Assembly: GCA_964520545.1 (NCBI GenBank)
Contig: CAZFOD010000001.1
Coordinates: 4,752 to 55,968 of the forward strand
Direction: 5' to 3'
Source: an uncultured Candidatus Saccharibacteria bacterium
GTDB taxonomy: Bacteria; Patescibacteriota; Minisyncoccia; Phycocordibacterales; CAIZLB01
Length of the DNA stretch: 51,217 nt
Part shown: in pieces, positions 31,422 to 40,325 of the stretch
Position numbering within the stretch: position 1 is the stretch's first letter
Layout of the letters: each line of letters opens with the position of its first letter
The notes under the pieces: generated by a model
What the model saw: only the letters and a program-made list of their open reading frames with translations
What the model was told of the DNA's origin: nothing
Database searches by the model: none
Program-made: the position numbers and the translations under genes

Positions 31422-34040
31422 TTATTTTTGAGCAACTTTTGGCAATTTTTGTACGGCTCGCTCTATATATTCCATAACCTTTTCTCCCTTGTTTGGTTTG
31501 ATGCCAGATTCATTTGAAATTGTCATTAACAAATGTTGTCCTGAGATTGCATCTGGAAGAGAGAAGCTTCTTTTACCCAAAATCTTTGTGAGCTGAGCGT
31601 TGTTGTCGGCGTTTAATATTTTTAACGCATCAGAAACTGCAAATTTACTCCAGCTCTTAGCCTCAGCTGTATCGAAATATCCCTTCATTTCAATTGCAAT
31701 TGAAGGATTTGTATTTTCGATTTCTGTTACGTTGAAGGGTATAAATTGAGGAATGCCTGGTACGTCTGGAGTGGTATCGTCTTTATATAGGGCGAGTGTT
31801 TCGTCGCCGGCTACAATTTCTTTATTGGTTGGCAACGGTCCTTCAATTGGGTTTTTTGCTGATTCACTACTGAGTATTCCTCTGACCTTTAAGCGGCTTT
31901 TCTTTTCAATGATTCCTTGTTTTTTTGCTTCAGCATCAGCGAGTTTTTGTGCCTTTATCTCCTGCTGGTGAACTCCCCCACTTGTTACACCATGACCCTT
32001 CGCTGATAGATTTGTTTCCGGTGCTATTTGACCTGTAGTATCGTATTCACTGATTCCACGATCTGTTGTGACTGTACTCTCCGCAATCTGTTTAGCACCT
32101 CTAGCTACCTTTTTAAGTGCGCCTTCGAATTTTACATCCCTAAGTACATTGCTATCTTTATCGTATGTGAATGTCACGATGTCGCCATTCCGAGCTCTCC
32201 TCTCTATTTCTCCAGGGTGTGATTTTTCATAGTTGGCAATTGCTTTTTCGCTGACACCGTTATGTTTGAGTGCTCCCCAAATTGAATTCCCTTTTCTACC
32301 GAGTTTGTCGTCTATGAAGATGGCTTTGCGCATGCTCGGTGCATCAGGTTTTGCGGGTATGGATTCTGCGACAGTCTCTTGTGCTGTTACTTCCAGGTTC
32401 TCAAATGTGGGTGCCGCTGGAATATCGATAGGAGTTGCATGTATTTCTGTTGCGGCAGGTATTGTCTCAGCGGCAACTGGGGTGGAAGAAAAACCAGAGA
32501 ACCAGTTTTTAATAGGATCGGTTATATGCATTTCGCTTACGATGTGTCGAGCTTCTGCGCTAAATATTCTTGGAAGTACAAATGCCGCGAGACCACCGCT
32601 GATTGCCAACAACTCTTTTCTCTTACTTACCCAGCTTTCTGCTTTTCCTTCACTTCTTTCCCTTTCTGCTTTAGCTGTAAGCAAAGCATTTATTCCCGCA
32701 GCTGTTCCGCTTGCAATGAATGTCCGCTGTACGGTTTTTCCCACTAAAGCAGACCCAAACAAAAGTGGAGCACTAGTTGCTGCGCCAATGAGACCTATCG
32801 ATGCAAGCGCACATGTGAGCGCTATCTTCTGACCTTTTGGAAGTTTTTTGTACCACTCTCCTCCTGCCATAACGGCACTGTATGCATTCTTAGCAGTTTT
32901 TTCTACCATTTCCTTTGCCCGCTTCATTGTTTCAGAATTCTCACCCCTCATTTGCTGAAGGACCTTAAGCGCTGTAATGGATTTCTCTGGAGAAATACCC
33001 TCCTCCATTTTTGCAGGCTCCCCTTCTTCTGTTTTTGTTGGAACAAATTTTCCAACAGCTGCTTCAACTTCTTTTTCTTCTTCTTTCCTTCTTAAATATT
33101 CCTGGTGTCTTTGCATTTCCTCGGGTGACGCTGTAGGGTCTGGATGAAGCTTTGTGAAGACAATACTCTCGTATCTACTCATTAGAGCTTTAGGTATTAT
33201 TACCTCCTCTTTTTCCTCCTTTGCAGTCAGTGTCGATATTTTTTCTCCTAGACTTGCTAGAACTAGAGAAAATTCTTCTGTAGTCCCTCCGTTATCTTCC
33301 ATCACAATTTGCTTTAAGGAGTCGTGAATTCTTCTCCACTCAATCTCCGTAGCATTTCTCAACTCCCGTAGATGCTCCTCTTCGTCTTCTGATAGCTCGG
33401 GTGTTTTACGAAGGATGTGTTTTTTGAACATAGATCCAAGCCCCCTGTCTTCTTCAAGTGTTTTTAACTTTTCGTAAGCGTTTTCTAGGGCAATTCTGTA
33501 GGCGACGACGGTGCCTAAATATGAAGCTGTAAATTCATCGAGTACCACATCAGATACCAAGGGCTCAACGAACATTTTTTCTGCCTTCGGTGCCTCAGGG
33601 GCTACCTCTTCGGTCGGCGATTCTCTTTTTGATTTAAGTAATTCTTCCCGACGCTTGTCGTAGAGTTCCATCATCTTTTCCCGAAGACCTTCTTCCTCTG
33701 GAATGGCGTTGAATTTCACATGATCTTTTCCTAGTGTTTTCGCAGGGGTGTTTAGTAGGTAATCACTGCTTGTCGCCACAATATCAAGAAAACCTAGTAG
33801 GTCATTTATGGCAAAGCGTACCCGGTCCTCCCCGTAGAATGAGTCCTCCCCGTCTACTTTTTGAGGTATTCCTTCGCTATCATTGAACGCTGCCAGAAGT
33901 TGTTCGAAGGTCTCTGCAGATTGAATGAGCTCGCCAATTTGAGGTCTAGCTACTTCTGGATTTTCAGCTTTTTGCGGCGCGGAAGGCTTTGAAGGTGCCA
34001 CTTCCCCGTCAGGAGTCGGTTTTTCTTTTTTTGGAGACAT
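31422..34040 (-). CDS. large hypothetical membrane protein
   Basis: about 870 aa; acidic N-half, central hydrophobic helices, GNSIW (LysM-like) motif. Confidence 0.75.
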   Translation of the reverse strand: MSPKKEKPTPDGEVAPSKPSAPQKAENPEVARPQIGELIQSAETFEQLLAAFNDSEGIPQKVDGEDSFYGEDRVRFAINDLLGFLDIVATSSDYLLNTPAKTLGKDHVKFNAIPEEEGLREKMMELYDKRREELLKSKRESPTEEVAPEAPKAEKMFVEPLVSDVVLDEFTASYLGTVVAYRIALENAYEKLKTLEEDRGLGSMFKKHILRKTPELSEDEEEHLRELRNATEIEWRRIHDSLKQIVMEDNGGTTEEFSLVLASLGEKISTLTAKEEKEEVIIPKALMSRYESIVFTKLHPDPTASPEEMQRHQEYLRRKEEEKEVEAAVGKFVPTKTEEGEPAKMEEGISPEKSITALKVLQQMRGENSETMKRAKEMVEKTAKNAYSAVMAGGEWYKKLPKGQKIALTCALASIGLIGAATSAPLLFGSALVGKTVQRTFIASGTAAGINALLTAKAERERSEGKAESWVSKRKELLAISGGLAAFVLPRIFSAEARHIVSEMHITDPIKNWFSGFSSTPVAAETIPAATEIHATPIDIPAAPTFENLEVTAQETVAESIPAKPDAPSMRKAIFIDDKLGRKGNSIWGALKHNGVSEKAIANYEKSHPGEIERRARNGDIVTFTYDKDSNVLRDVKFEGALKKVARGAKQIAESTVTTDRGISEYDTTGQIAPETNLSAKGHGVTSGGVHQQEIKAQKLADAEAKKQGIIEKKSRLKVRGILSSESAKNPIEGPLPTNKEIVAGDETLALYKDDTTPDVPGIPQFIPFNVTEIENTNPSIAIEMKGYFDTAEAKSWSKFAVSDALKILNADNNAQLTKILGKRSFSLPDAISGQHLLMTISNESGIKPNKGEKVMEYIERAVQKLPKVAQK

Positions 34041-34289
34041 AAAAATCCCAATTTTTGGATATAACATGACCATTATACCCCCTATATATCAATGTTGACA
34101 GTGGATAGGTACACAGTATCATTACATATATACAGTTTTTCCAGATGCTGAATACGGCTTAAATTAGCCATTCAAAACTCAGAATACGGATTTAGAATTA
34201 ACTTCAACTATATTTTACAGCCCCCTCAAGACCCGCATGCACCGTCCCTATCTTCCCAGCGTGCGGAGACCAATATCGACTTAAAAGCC

Positions 34290-35363
34290 TTGGAAAAAAG
34301 TTCCAAGGCATCTTTCCCGCTAAGGGGGTATATTGTTCTCGCTGCGATTTTGGTGGCAGGAACTCCATTTTTTGCCCATGCGAGTGTCTTTTCTATTATG
34401 TCGAGGGTTCTTGGTGAGTCTTCTCTTTCTGACGGTTCCGATGTAGTTATTCCTCAAAATGCCCAAAAAATGCCCCTTTTGCAGGCGCCGACAAATGTAA
34501 ATCCACTTCCAAAGAAGGAAATTCAGGATGTGTCTATGATAGACGGCCAAGCTTTGAGTAATGAAAACGACTCTATTGATGCGAGAAATATCTCTAGCTC
34601 TACAGATGCTGAGATGTATCGCCCGTCTTCTGATCAAATTAGCCTATATACAGTTCATAAAGGAGATACATTGCAACAAATTGCGAAAATGTTCGATGTT
34701 ACGCCTAATACGATTCTCTGGGCTAACGACTTGAAAAAGGGACAAGCTATAACTCCGGGACAGATTCTTGTCATTCTCCCAATTTCGGGTGTTAGGTACA
34801 CAGTGAAGAAAGGAGATAGTTTTAAGAGTGTTGCAGCTGCCTTTAAGGGAGACGCTGATGATATTGCGAGATATAACGGACTCGAGGATGAAAAATTGGT
34901 TGTCGGTGATGAAATTATTATTCCAAACGGTGAAGCTTCAATCCAAGAATCAAGTCCGAAGAAAAGGACATCAAAAACAGGTTTTGCCGCTGTTTCGGGC
35001 GGATCTGTTGCGGATCCAAAAGGTTATTTCACCCGACCGGTGACTGGTGGTATTCGAACCCAGGGTATCCATGGTCATAACGGTATCGATATCGCAGCGG
35101 CATACGGTACTCAGATTCTTGCCGCAGCAGGCGGAACTGTTGTCGTTGGTAAAGGAGGAGGATGGAACGGAGGTTACGGAAGCTATGTGGTAATCCAGCA
35201 TAGTAATGGTCTCCAGACTTTATACGCACATATGAGCCGAGTTAATGTCTCGATTGGAGAGCAAGTATCTAAGGGTCAAACAATTGGCGCCATGGGAAAC
35301 ACAGGTCAATCAACCGGAGTTCATCTTCACTTTGAAGTCCGAGGAGGAAAGAATCCTTTTTAA
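34290..35363 (+). CDS. LysM-containing M23 peptidase
   Basis: two LysM (YTVHKGDTL, YTVKKGDS), HNGIDIA, TLYAHM, STGVHLHFEVR. Confidence 0.92.
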   Translation: MEKSSKASFPLRGYIVLAAILVAGTPFFAHASVFSIMSRVLGESSLSDGSDVVIPQNAQKMPLLQAPTNVNPLPKKEIQDVSMIDGQALSNENDSIDARNISSSTDAEMYRPSSDQISLYTVHKGDTLQQIAKMFDVTPNTILWANDLKKGQAITPGQILVILPISGVRYTVKKGDSFKSVAAAFKGDADDIARYNGLEDEKLVVGDEIIIPNGEASIQESSPKKRTSKTGFAAVSGGSVADPKGYFTRPVTGGIRTQGIHGHNGIDIAAAYGTQILAAAGGTVVVGKGGGWNGGYGSYVVIQHSNGLQTLYAHMSRVNVSIGEQVSKGQTIGAMGNTGQSTGVHLHFEVRGGKNPF

Positions 35364-35373
35364 TTTGGAATTA

Positions 35374-35421
35374 TCGAAACAAAAAAACACCTCAACGTTA
35401 CGAGGTGTTTTTTTGTTTCGA
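35374..35421. terminator. bidirectional terminator, 20-bp perfect inverted repeat
   Basis: TCGAAACAAAAAAACACCTC / GAGGTGTTTTTTTGTTTCGA. Confidence 0.85.
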
Positions 35422-35426
35422 ACTGT

Positions 35427-35792
35427 TTAGGCGTTCATGTGAGCTTTGCACGTAGATGCAGCTGGGTTTGCATCTAGTCTATCGTTCTCGATATTTTGAT
35501 TGCACACTTTGCAGATGCCATGCTTTCCTTGCTCAATCGCTTCAAGTGCATCATTTATTTCCATGAGTCTTGCCTTAAGTGAGTTTACAATCATAACATC
35601 GTCTCCGTATTCAGTTAGTGTTTCAGCTGTCTCAGTTCTATCTGAGGGTTCTTCATCGTTTAAGTCTTTTTCAGCCGCTTCCCATGCATTAGGGTTAAGA
35701 TTGTTTTTAACCCCTATTTTCTGTAGCTGTTCTTCTACAACTTCTCTTTCGGTTTGTAACTTTACTTTGTATGTTGAGGTGTCTGTATTCAT
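35427..35792 (-). CDS. DksA/TraR-family zinc finger protein
   Basis: coiled coil then G.CKVC..I...RL.ANP.A.TC..H. Confidence 0.85.
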   Translation of the reverse strand: MNTDTSTYKVKLQTEREVVEEQLQKIGVKNNLNPNAWEAAEKDLNDEEPSDRTETAETLTEYGDDVMIVNSLKARLMEINDALEAIEQGKHGICKVCNQNIENDRLDANPAASTCKAHMNA

Positions 35793-35831
35793 GAATTAAT
35801 TCTATCAGAGTGCTGGTGAAGGGCAATATAT

Positions 35832-36950
35832 CTATCTGATTATGCGTCCCGTCGTAAGTCGAAATATTACTTCTTTCAGAGCCGCTTCACCTGAGGTTAT
35901 TACAAGAGTCTGCTGATCGACAAAAGAATATATCAGCTTTGTTTTTCCTGTATTATCCAAAAGAATTCTTGTGTCTTTGTTGTTAATTACTTTGTCTACA
36001 AACTGCGCACTTGTAAAGTTTGTAGGAGCCTCTTGTGTTGTTGTTGCCTCATCACTCTTTGTTGAGGTTGCGACTGCTTGTGAGGGCGTGACGATTTGTT
36101 GCTTACGCACTACTCCTCCGAGATCATTTTCAATGGTAGCCTCCCACTGAAGCATACCAGCGTACGCGTTATCGTATGAGTTTATTTTTATAATAACAAA
36201 AGAGTCACGAGGTGTTGATGCGTATATACCGAAAATAAAGCCAGGGTCGAATGATCGGAGAAGAGAGTTTGGCGCCCCTGCTCGTAGAAATGCGAGCCAA
36301 TCTTGGACGGAGAGTTGTTTTTCTTGTCCTGTCTCGTCTGTTTTAACAAATGTAACACGTTCAACGGATCCTTTTGTGAGTTCACTGTTTCTTTCTTTCT
36401 CTAAAATTCTTTCAATGTCATTAAAATCTTTGTCTTGTACATTGACAGTAATTTTTTGCTCTGCATCGAAAGGAGGAGTTTTATCTGTTGATACTGCTGG
36501 TGTTACTGGTGTGTTAGCATTTGGCTGTAGAACTATTTTCCAAAAGAAAAACCCTCCAGCGCCTAAGACTATAAGTGTAATCATTATTCCTATTAACAAA
36601 GGTGTATTTGAAGGTGCGGGAGTTAAAGATCCTTCGAATGTTCCCTGTCTTTCTTGCCGCTTTTTTTCTGCGAGCGCTATTTTGATAAGAGAAACATTGT
36701 CTTCTTTGACGGCGCCAGCAATGTCGCTTTGGAATGTCCTGATGTTTTGCATGTCTGCAGGTCTCTGTCCCATCCCCTCATTGTGAAGTGCCTCGGAGAT
36801 GTGCACGGTCTGTCTCAATTGTTCTTGCGTTAATCCAGAACTTATTGAAGTATCAGGCCCTGTCGTGTTGCTGACGTCGTTCTGCTCTCTATCGGCATTT
36901 GGGTAGGAAAACTTTTTTGGTTCAGTTGATTCGCCGTTCATATGTTTCAT
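35832..36950 (-). CDS. hypothetical single-pass membrane protein
   Basis: IRTFQSDI motif, one TM, A.AGML.WE; start uncertain. Confidence 0.7.
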   Translation of the reverse strand: MKHMNGESTEPKKFSYPNADREQNDVSNTTGPDTSISSGLTQEQLRQTVHISEALHNEGMGQRPADMQNIRTFQSDIAGAVKEDNVSLIKIALAEKKRQERQGTFEGSLTPAPSNTPLLIGIMITLIVLGAGGFFFWKIVLQPNANTPVTPAVSTDKTPPFDAEQKITVNVQDKDFNDIERILEKERNSELTKGSVERVTFVKTDETGQEKQLSVQDWLAFLRAGAPNSLLRSFDPGFIFGIYASTPRDSFVIIKINSYDNAYAGMLQWEATIENDLGGVVRKQQIVTPSQAVATSTKSDEATTTQEAPTNFTSAQFVDKVINNKDTRILLDNTGKTKLIYSFVDQQTLVITSGEAALKEVIFRLTTGRIIR

Positions 36951-37033
36951 TATCCCGTAAATATGGAAAAAACAAAAGGCCATTTCCTGCAGCGCTGTGT
37001 TGCACTGCTAGAAAATGGCCCCTTGTTTTCTGA

Positions 37034-37645
37034 CTACCCTATTATCTCAGAAGGAGTGATATCGAATTCCTCGTCTCCACCCGCAGATGCACCTTTCTGT
37101 CCTGCTCCTCGCTGCCCTCCTCCTGTGCGTCGTGGAGAAAAGTTCATAATGTATTTGCGAGGATTTTCGCACATGTCGATAAATTCATCAGCAGCTTCTC
37201 TTAGTTTTCCAGATGAAGACTTTCCGAATGAAATGACTTCAACTTGGCACCCTTCATTTGTCTGAAGATATTCAACTAGTGGAACGAAGTCCCCGTCCCC
37301 TGTTGCAAGAATAATGGTGTCTAGCTTTGGTGCTAGCTTGATAGCATCCACAGCGAGACCCACGTCCCAGTCTGCTTTCTTTGAGCCAGAGCTGAAGATT
37401 TGAAGATTCTTTGATTTTGTTTCAATTCCAATTTTGCCTAGAGCTTCGAAGAAATTATTTTCTTCACCACTTTCTGTTGTGATAACGTATGCAATTGCTC
37501 GAATGAGCGCACGTCCCGCAAGAGCTTCTTTCATGATGGCGCCGAAGTTGACTCGTCCGTGATAGAGGTTCTTTGCGCTGTGATATAGATTTTGTGTATC
37601 GATAAAGATACCGACACGTTGTTCCTTATGTTTGATTACTGACAT
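37034..37645 (-). CDS. NYN domain (LabA/DUF88) protein
   Basis: IFIDTQNL, KADWDVGLAVD, LATGDGDFVPL. Confidence 0.9.
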   Translation of the reverse strand: MSVIKHKEQRVGIFIDTQNLYHSAKNLYHGRVNFGAIMKEALAGRALIRAIAYVITTESGEENNFFEALGKIGIETKSKNLQIFSSGSKKADWDVGLAVDAIKLAPKLDTIILATGDGDFVPLVEYLQTNEGCQVEVISFGKSSSGKLREAADEFIDMCENPRKYIMNFSPRRTGGGQRGAGQKGASAGGDEEFDITPSEIIG

Positions 37646-37736
37646 AAAAATATTGTAAAAACTTATTAAAATGACCGACGTTTATTAAATTCATGTTTCA
37701 AAGATCTTTTGGCTTTATCGGTCGATGGGGCCAAAA

Positions 37737-37772
37737 ACCAATTCGCTCCTCACTTAAGTGAGGAGCGGTTGG
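37737..37772 (-). terminator. hairpin after rpsO
   Basis: CGCTCCTCAC-ttaa-GTGAGGAGCG, with a T run downstream on the - strand. Confidence 0.6.
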
Positions 37773-37775
37773 ATC

Positions 37776-38051
37776 TTACGCTGACTTTTTCTTGAGTTCG
37801 AGTTTTTCGACCAGCTGCTCATATCGAGCCTTGTTGTGCTTCATGAGATATTTCAAATGCTTCTGTCGATCAGCTACGAGCTGAAGAAGACCACGTCGTG
37901 AGTGGTTGTCTTTGTTGTGCGCCTTGAGGTGCTTTGCAAGCTCTTCGATTCGCTTGGAGATAATAGAAATCTGAACCTCAGGTGAACCTGTGTCCTTATC
38001 GTGAATTTTGACTGCTTTTATCGCCTTTGTCTTCTTCGTCTTTGTTAACAT
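37776..38051 (-). CDS. rpsO: 30S ribosomal protein S15
   Basis: HDKDTGSPEVQI, KDNHSRRGLL. Confidence 0.97.
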   Translation of the reverse strand: MLTKTKKTKAIKAVKIHDKDTGSPEVQISIISKRIEELAKHLKAHNKDNHSRRGLLQLVADRQKHLKYLMKHNKARYEQLVEKLELKKKSA

Positions 38052-38173
38052 GATGCCAAAAGATTATCACGGGAGGTCAAAAAAAGCAAGAGAATAAGGC
38101 TAGTTTGGCAATCCGGGAGAAAATCGATAATTAGACCCGTATATATCGATATATTTGATATACTGGAAAGGTA

Positions 38174-39070
38174 ATGTCGCACAACCTACAAATTCTTAAG
38201 CGCCAATTTCTAGAACACGTCGAAATTGAGAAGGGCCGGAGCCTTAAAACCGTGGAAAACTATGACCGTTATTTGACCCTTTTCCTTGATTTCCTCAAAA
38301 AAGACTCCCCTTCAGACGTGACAGCGGAAGTTATTCGAGAATATCGCCTATGGCTCAATCGAAGAATTAACCAAAAAAGGGCTGATTTTAAGGAAACTAT
38401 CAAGAAAAGGACTCAGAATTATTACCTTATAGCCCTCCGTTCTTTCCTTAAGTATCTAGCAAAGCGTGAAATAAAGGCTATACCAGGGGATATTATTGAG
38501 TTGGCTAAGGTCCCAGAACGCTCATTGGATCTTATAACAACTGAGGAGTTGAACCGCCTATTATCAGGTCCAGACAGTGAAGATAGTGAGCCAAAAAAAC
38601 TTAGAGACAAGGCCATTTTAGAGCTTTTCTTCTCGACAGGGCTCCGAGTTTCAGAGCTTTGCAGTCTCCCTCGAGATTTAGATCTCACAAAAGATGAATT
38701 TTCAGTAAGAGGAAAGGGTGAAAAGGTGCGTGTAGTGTTTCTTTCCGGAGAAGCTAAGGACGCTGTTAAGGCATATCTTGCAAAGCGCGGTGATATTGAT
38801 AACGATCGGTTGTTTCACCTTACGCCGCGCTCTGTAGAGCGGATAGTAAAGTATTACGCCATCAAGGCTGGAATTTCCAAAAAAGTGACGCCTCACGTAA
38901 TAAGACACAGTTTTGCCACTGATTTGTTACAAAACGGTGCAGATCTACGCTCTGTCCAGATGCTCCTCGGGCACGCTAATATTACGACTACACAGATATA
39001 CACCCATGTTACAGACAAGCATTTGAAGGAAATACATAAGAATTTCCACTCCAAGAGAAAGGGATCATAG
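38174..39070 (+). CDS. XerC/XerD-family tyrosine recombinase
   Basis: STGLRVSEL, GKG.K.R, TPHVIRHSFAT, LLGH..I.TTQIYTHV. Confidence 0.92.
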   Translation: MSHNLQILKRQFLEHVEIEKGRSLKTVENYDRYLTLFLDFLKKDSPSDVTAEVIREYRLWLNRRINQKRADFKETIKKRTQNYYLIALRSFLKYLAKREIKAIPGDIIELAKVPERSLDLITTEELNRLLSGPDSEDSEPKKLRDKAILELFFSTGLRVSELCSLPRDLDLTKDEFSVRGKGEKVRVVFLSGEAKDAVKAYLAKRGDIDNDRLFHLTPRSVERIVKYYAIKAGISKKVTPHVIRHSFATDLLQNGADLRSVQMLLGHANITTTQIYTHVTDKHLKEIHKNFHSKRKGS

Positions 39071-39096
39071 GTAATTAGCGTGGTATAATCGTGCCT

Positions 39097-39873
39097 ATGA
39101 AAATCATCTGCTGGAACGTTAACGGTATTCGCGCATGGAGTAAAAAAGGTAGTTTTGAGTGGATGCTGTCCCAAAAACCTGATATTTTCTGCTTGCAAGA
39201 GACAAAAGCTCACCCAGAACAGTTAACCGCAGACATTCTCTCCCCTAGTGGCTATACATCGTACTTTGACCACGCCCGCACCAGGAAAGGTTACAGCGGA
39301 GTGGCTGTGTATACAAAAATAGTTCCCAAAAAGATTGATTATGCTCTCGGTGTTCCGGAATTAGATCAAGAAGGTAGATTCTTAGCCCTATATTTTGATA
39401 CTTTTGTACTTATCAATTGCTACTTCCCTAACGGAGGTGGTGCTCCTGAAAGACTTGCATACAAGCTAGAGTATTACGAAGCTTTCCTTAAGTATGCTGA
39501 AAAATGCAGAAAGAAAGGGCTAGAAATCGTTTTTTGTGGTGACGTGAATGTGGCACACAATGAAATTGACATCGCCCGACCTAAAGAGAACCAAAATCAT
39601 GTTGGATTCCTCCCTATCGAACGTGCTTGGGTGGATAAGGTGATTTCGAAAGGATATGTAGACGTTTTCCGATATTTCAATCCTGAAAAGGCACAGGCTT
39701 ATACATGGTGGGATATGAAATCTTTCGCTCGTGATCGCAATATTGGTTGGCGCATTGATTATTTCTTTGTATCACCAAAACTGATAAAGAAAGTAACAGA
39801 CGTAATGATCCATGCAGAAGTATATGGCTCAGATCATTGTCCGATTGAGATGAAAATTGAAATTAAATCGTAA
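39097..39873 (+). CDS. xth: exodeoxyribonuclease III
   Basis: WNVNGIRA, CLQETK, GYSGVA, GDVNVAH, GWRIDYF, SDHCP. Confidence 0.95.
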   Translation: MKIICWNVNGIRAWSKKGSFEWMLSQKPDIFCLQETKAHPEQLTADILSPSGYTSYFDHARTRKGYSGVAVYTKIVPKKIDYALGVPELDQEGRFLALYFDTFVLINCYFPNGGGAPERLAYKLEYYEAFLKYAEKCRKKGLEIVFCGDVNVAHNEIDIARPKENQNHVGFLPIERAWVDKVISKGYVDVFRYFNPEKAQAYTWWDMKSFARDRNIGWRIDYFFVSPKLIKKVTDVMIHAEVYGSDHCPIEMKIEIKS

Positions 39874-39954
39874 TGTCCTTAAAGGACATAGAAAGTTATC
39901 CACAACTTTCTATGTTTGTCCTTTACATGACTTTTATTGTGCGTAAAATAATAA

Positions 39955-40278
39955 ACAGGTTAGCGTCCAGGACAGTTATGGAGCATGGTTCTTTCACAAG
40001 TCAGTTTAATAGACAATAAAAGTCAGCTCGAAGGTTTGTTTGATTGGGGTTAAGAAACGATTCTCGTTTTTTACTAAGGGGCGCTACGCGTCACCGCAAT
40101 TTTGGGGATCCGTTCCCATACTCCCTTCTCGCTCTCTCTTCGATGGCACTTTTATTAGTCCCGGTTTTAGCCACCCTACGTTTTTATCTATTGTTATCTT
40201 TGCCACGGGTCTTAGTGAGGAATAAGTTCTTCTTTAAGATCCGTGGCCAAGATGACTGCGTCGGGTGGCTTTTTGTTT
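39955..40278 (+). ncRNA. candidate structured ncRNA (about 320 nt)
   Basis: upstream TTTACA-N16-TAAAAT; long-range stems 40012-40033/40137-40160 and 40169-40270 with G.U pairs favouring +; T tract at the end. Confidence 0.45.
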
Positions 40279-40295
40279 CATGATTAACAATGCAA

Positions 40296-40325
40296 GTAAA
40301 AACGGCTCAATGGAGCCGTTTTTAC
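40296..40325. terminator. bidirectional terminator
   Basis: GTAAAAACGGCTC-aatg-GAGCCGTTTTTAC. Confidence 0.8.

Noticed and set aside
38174-39070. Prophage or ICE integrase
   Set aside because: Xer-sized, flanked by rpsO and xth, no att repeat or phage genes seen
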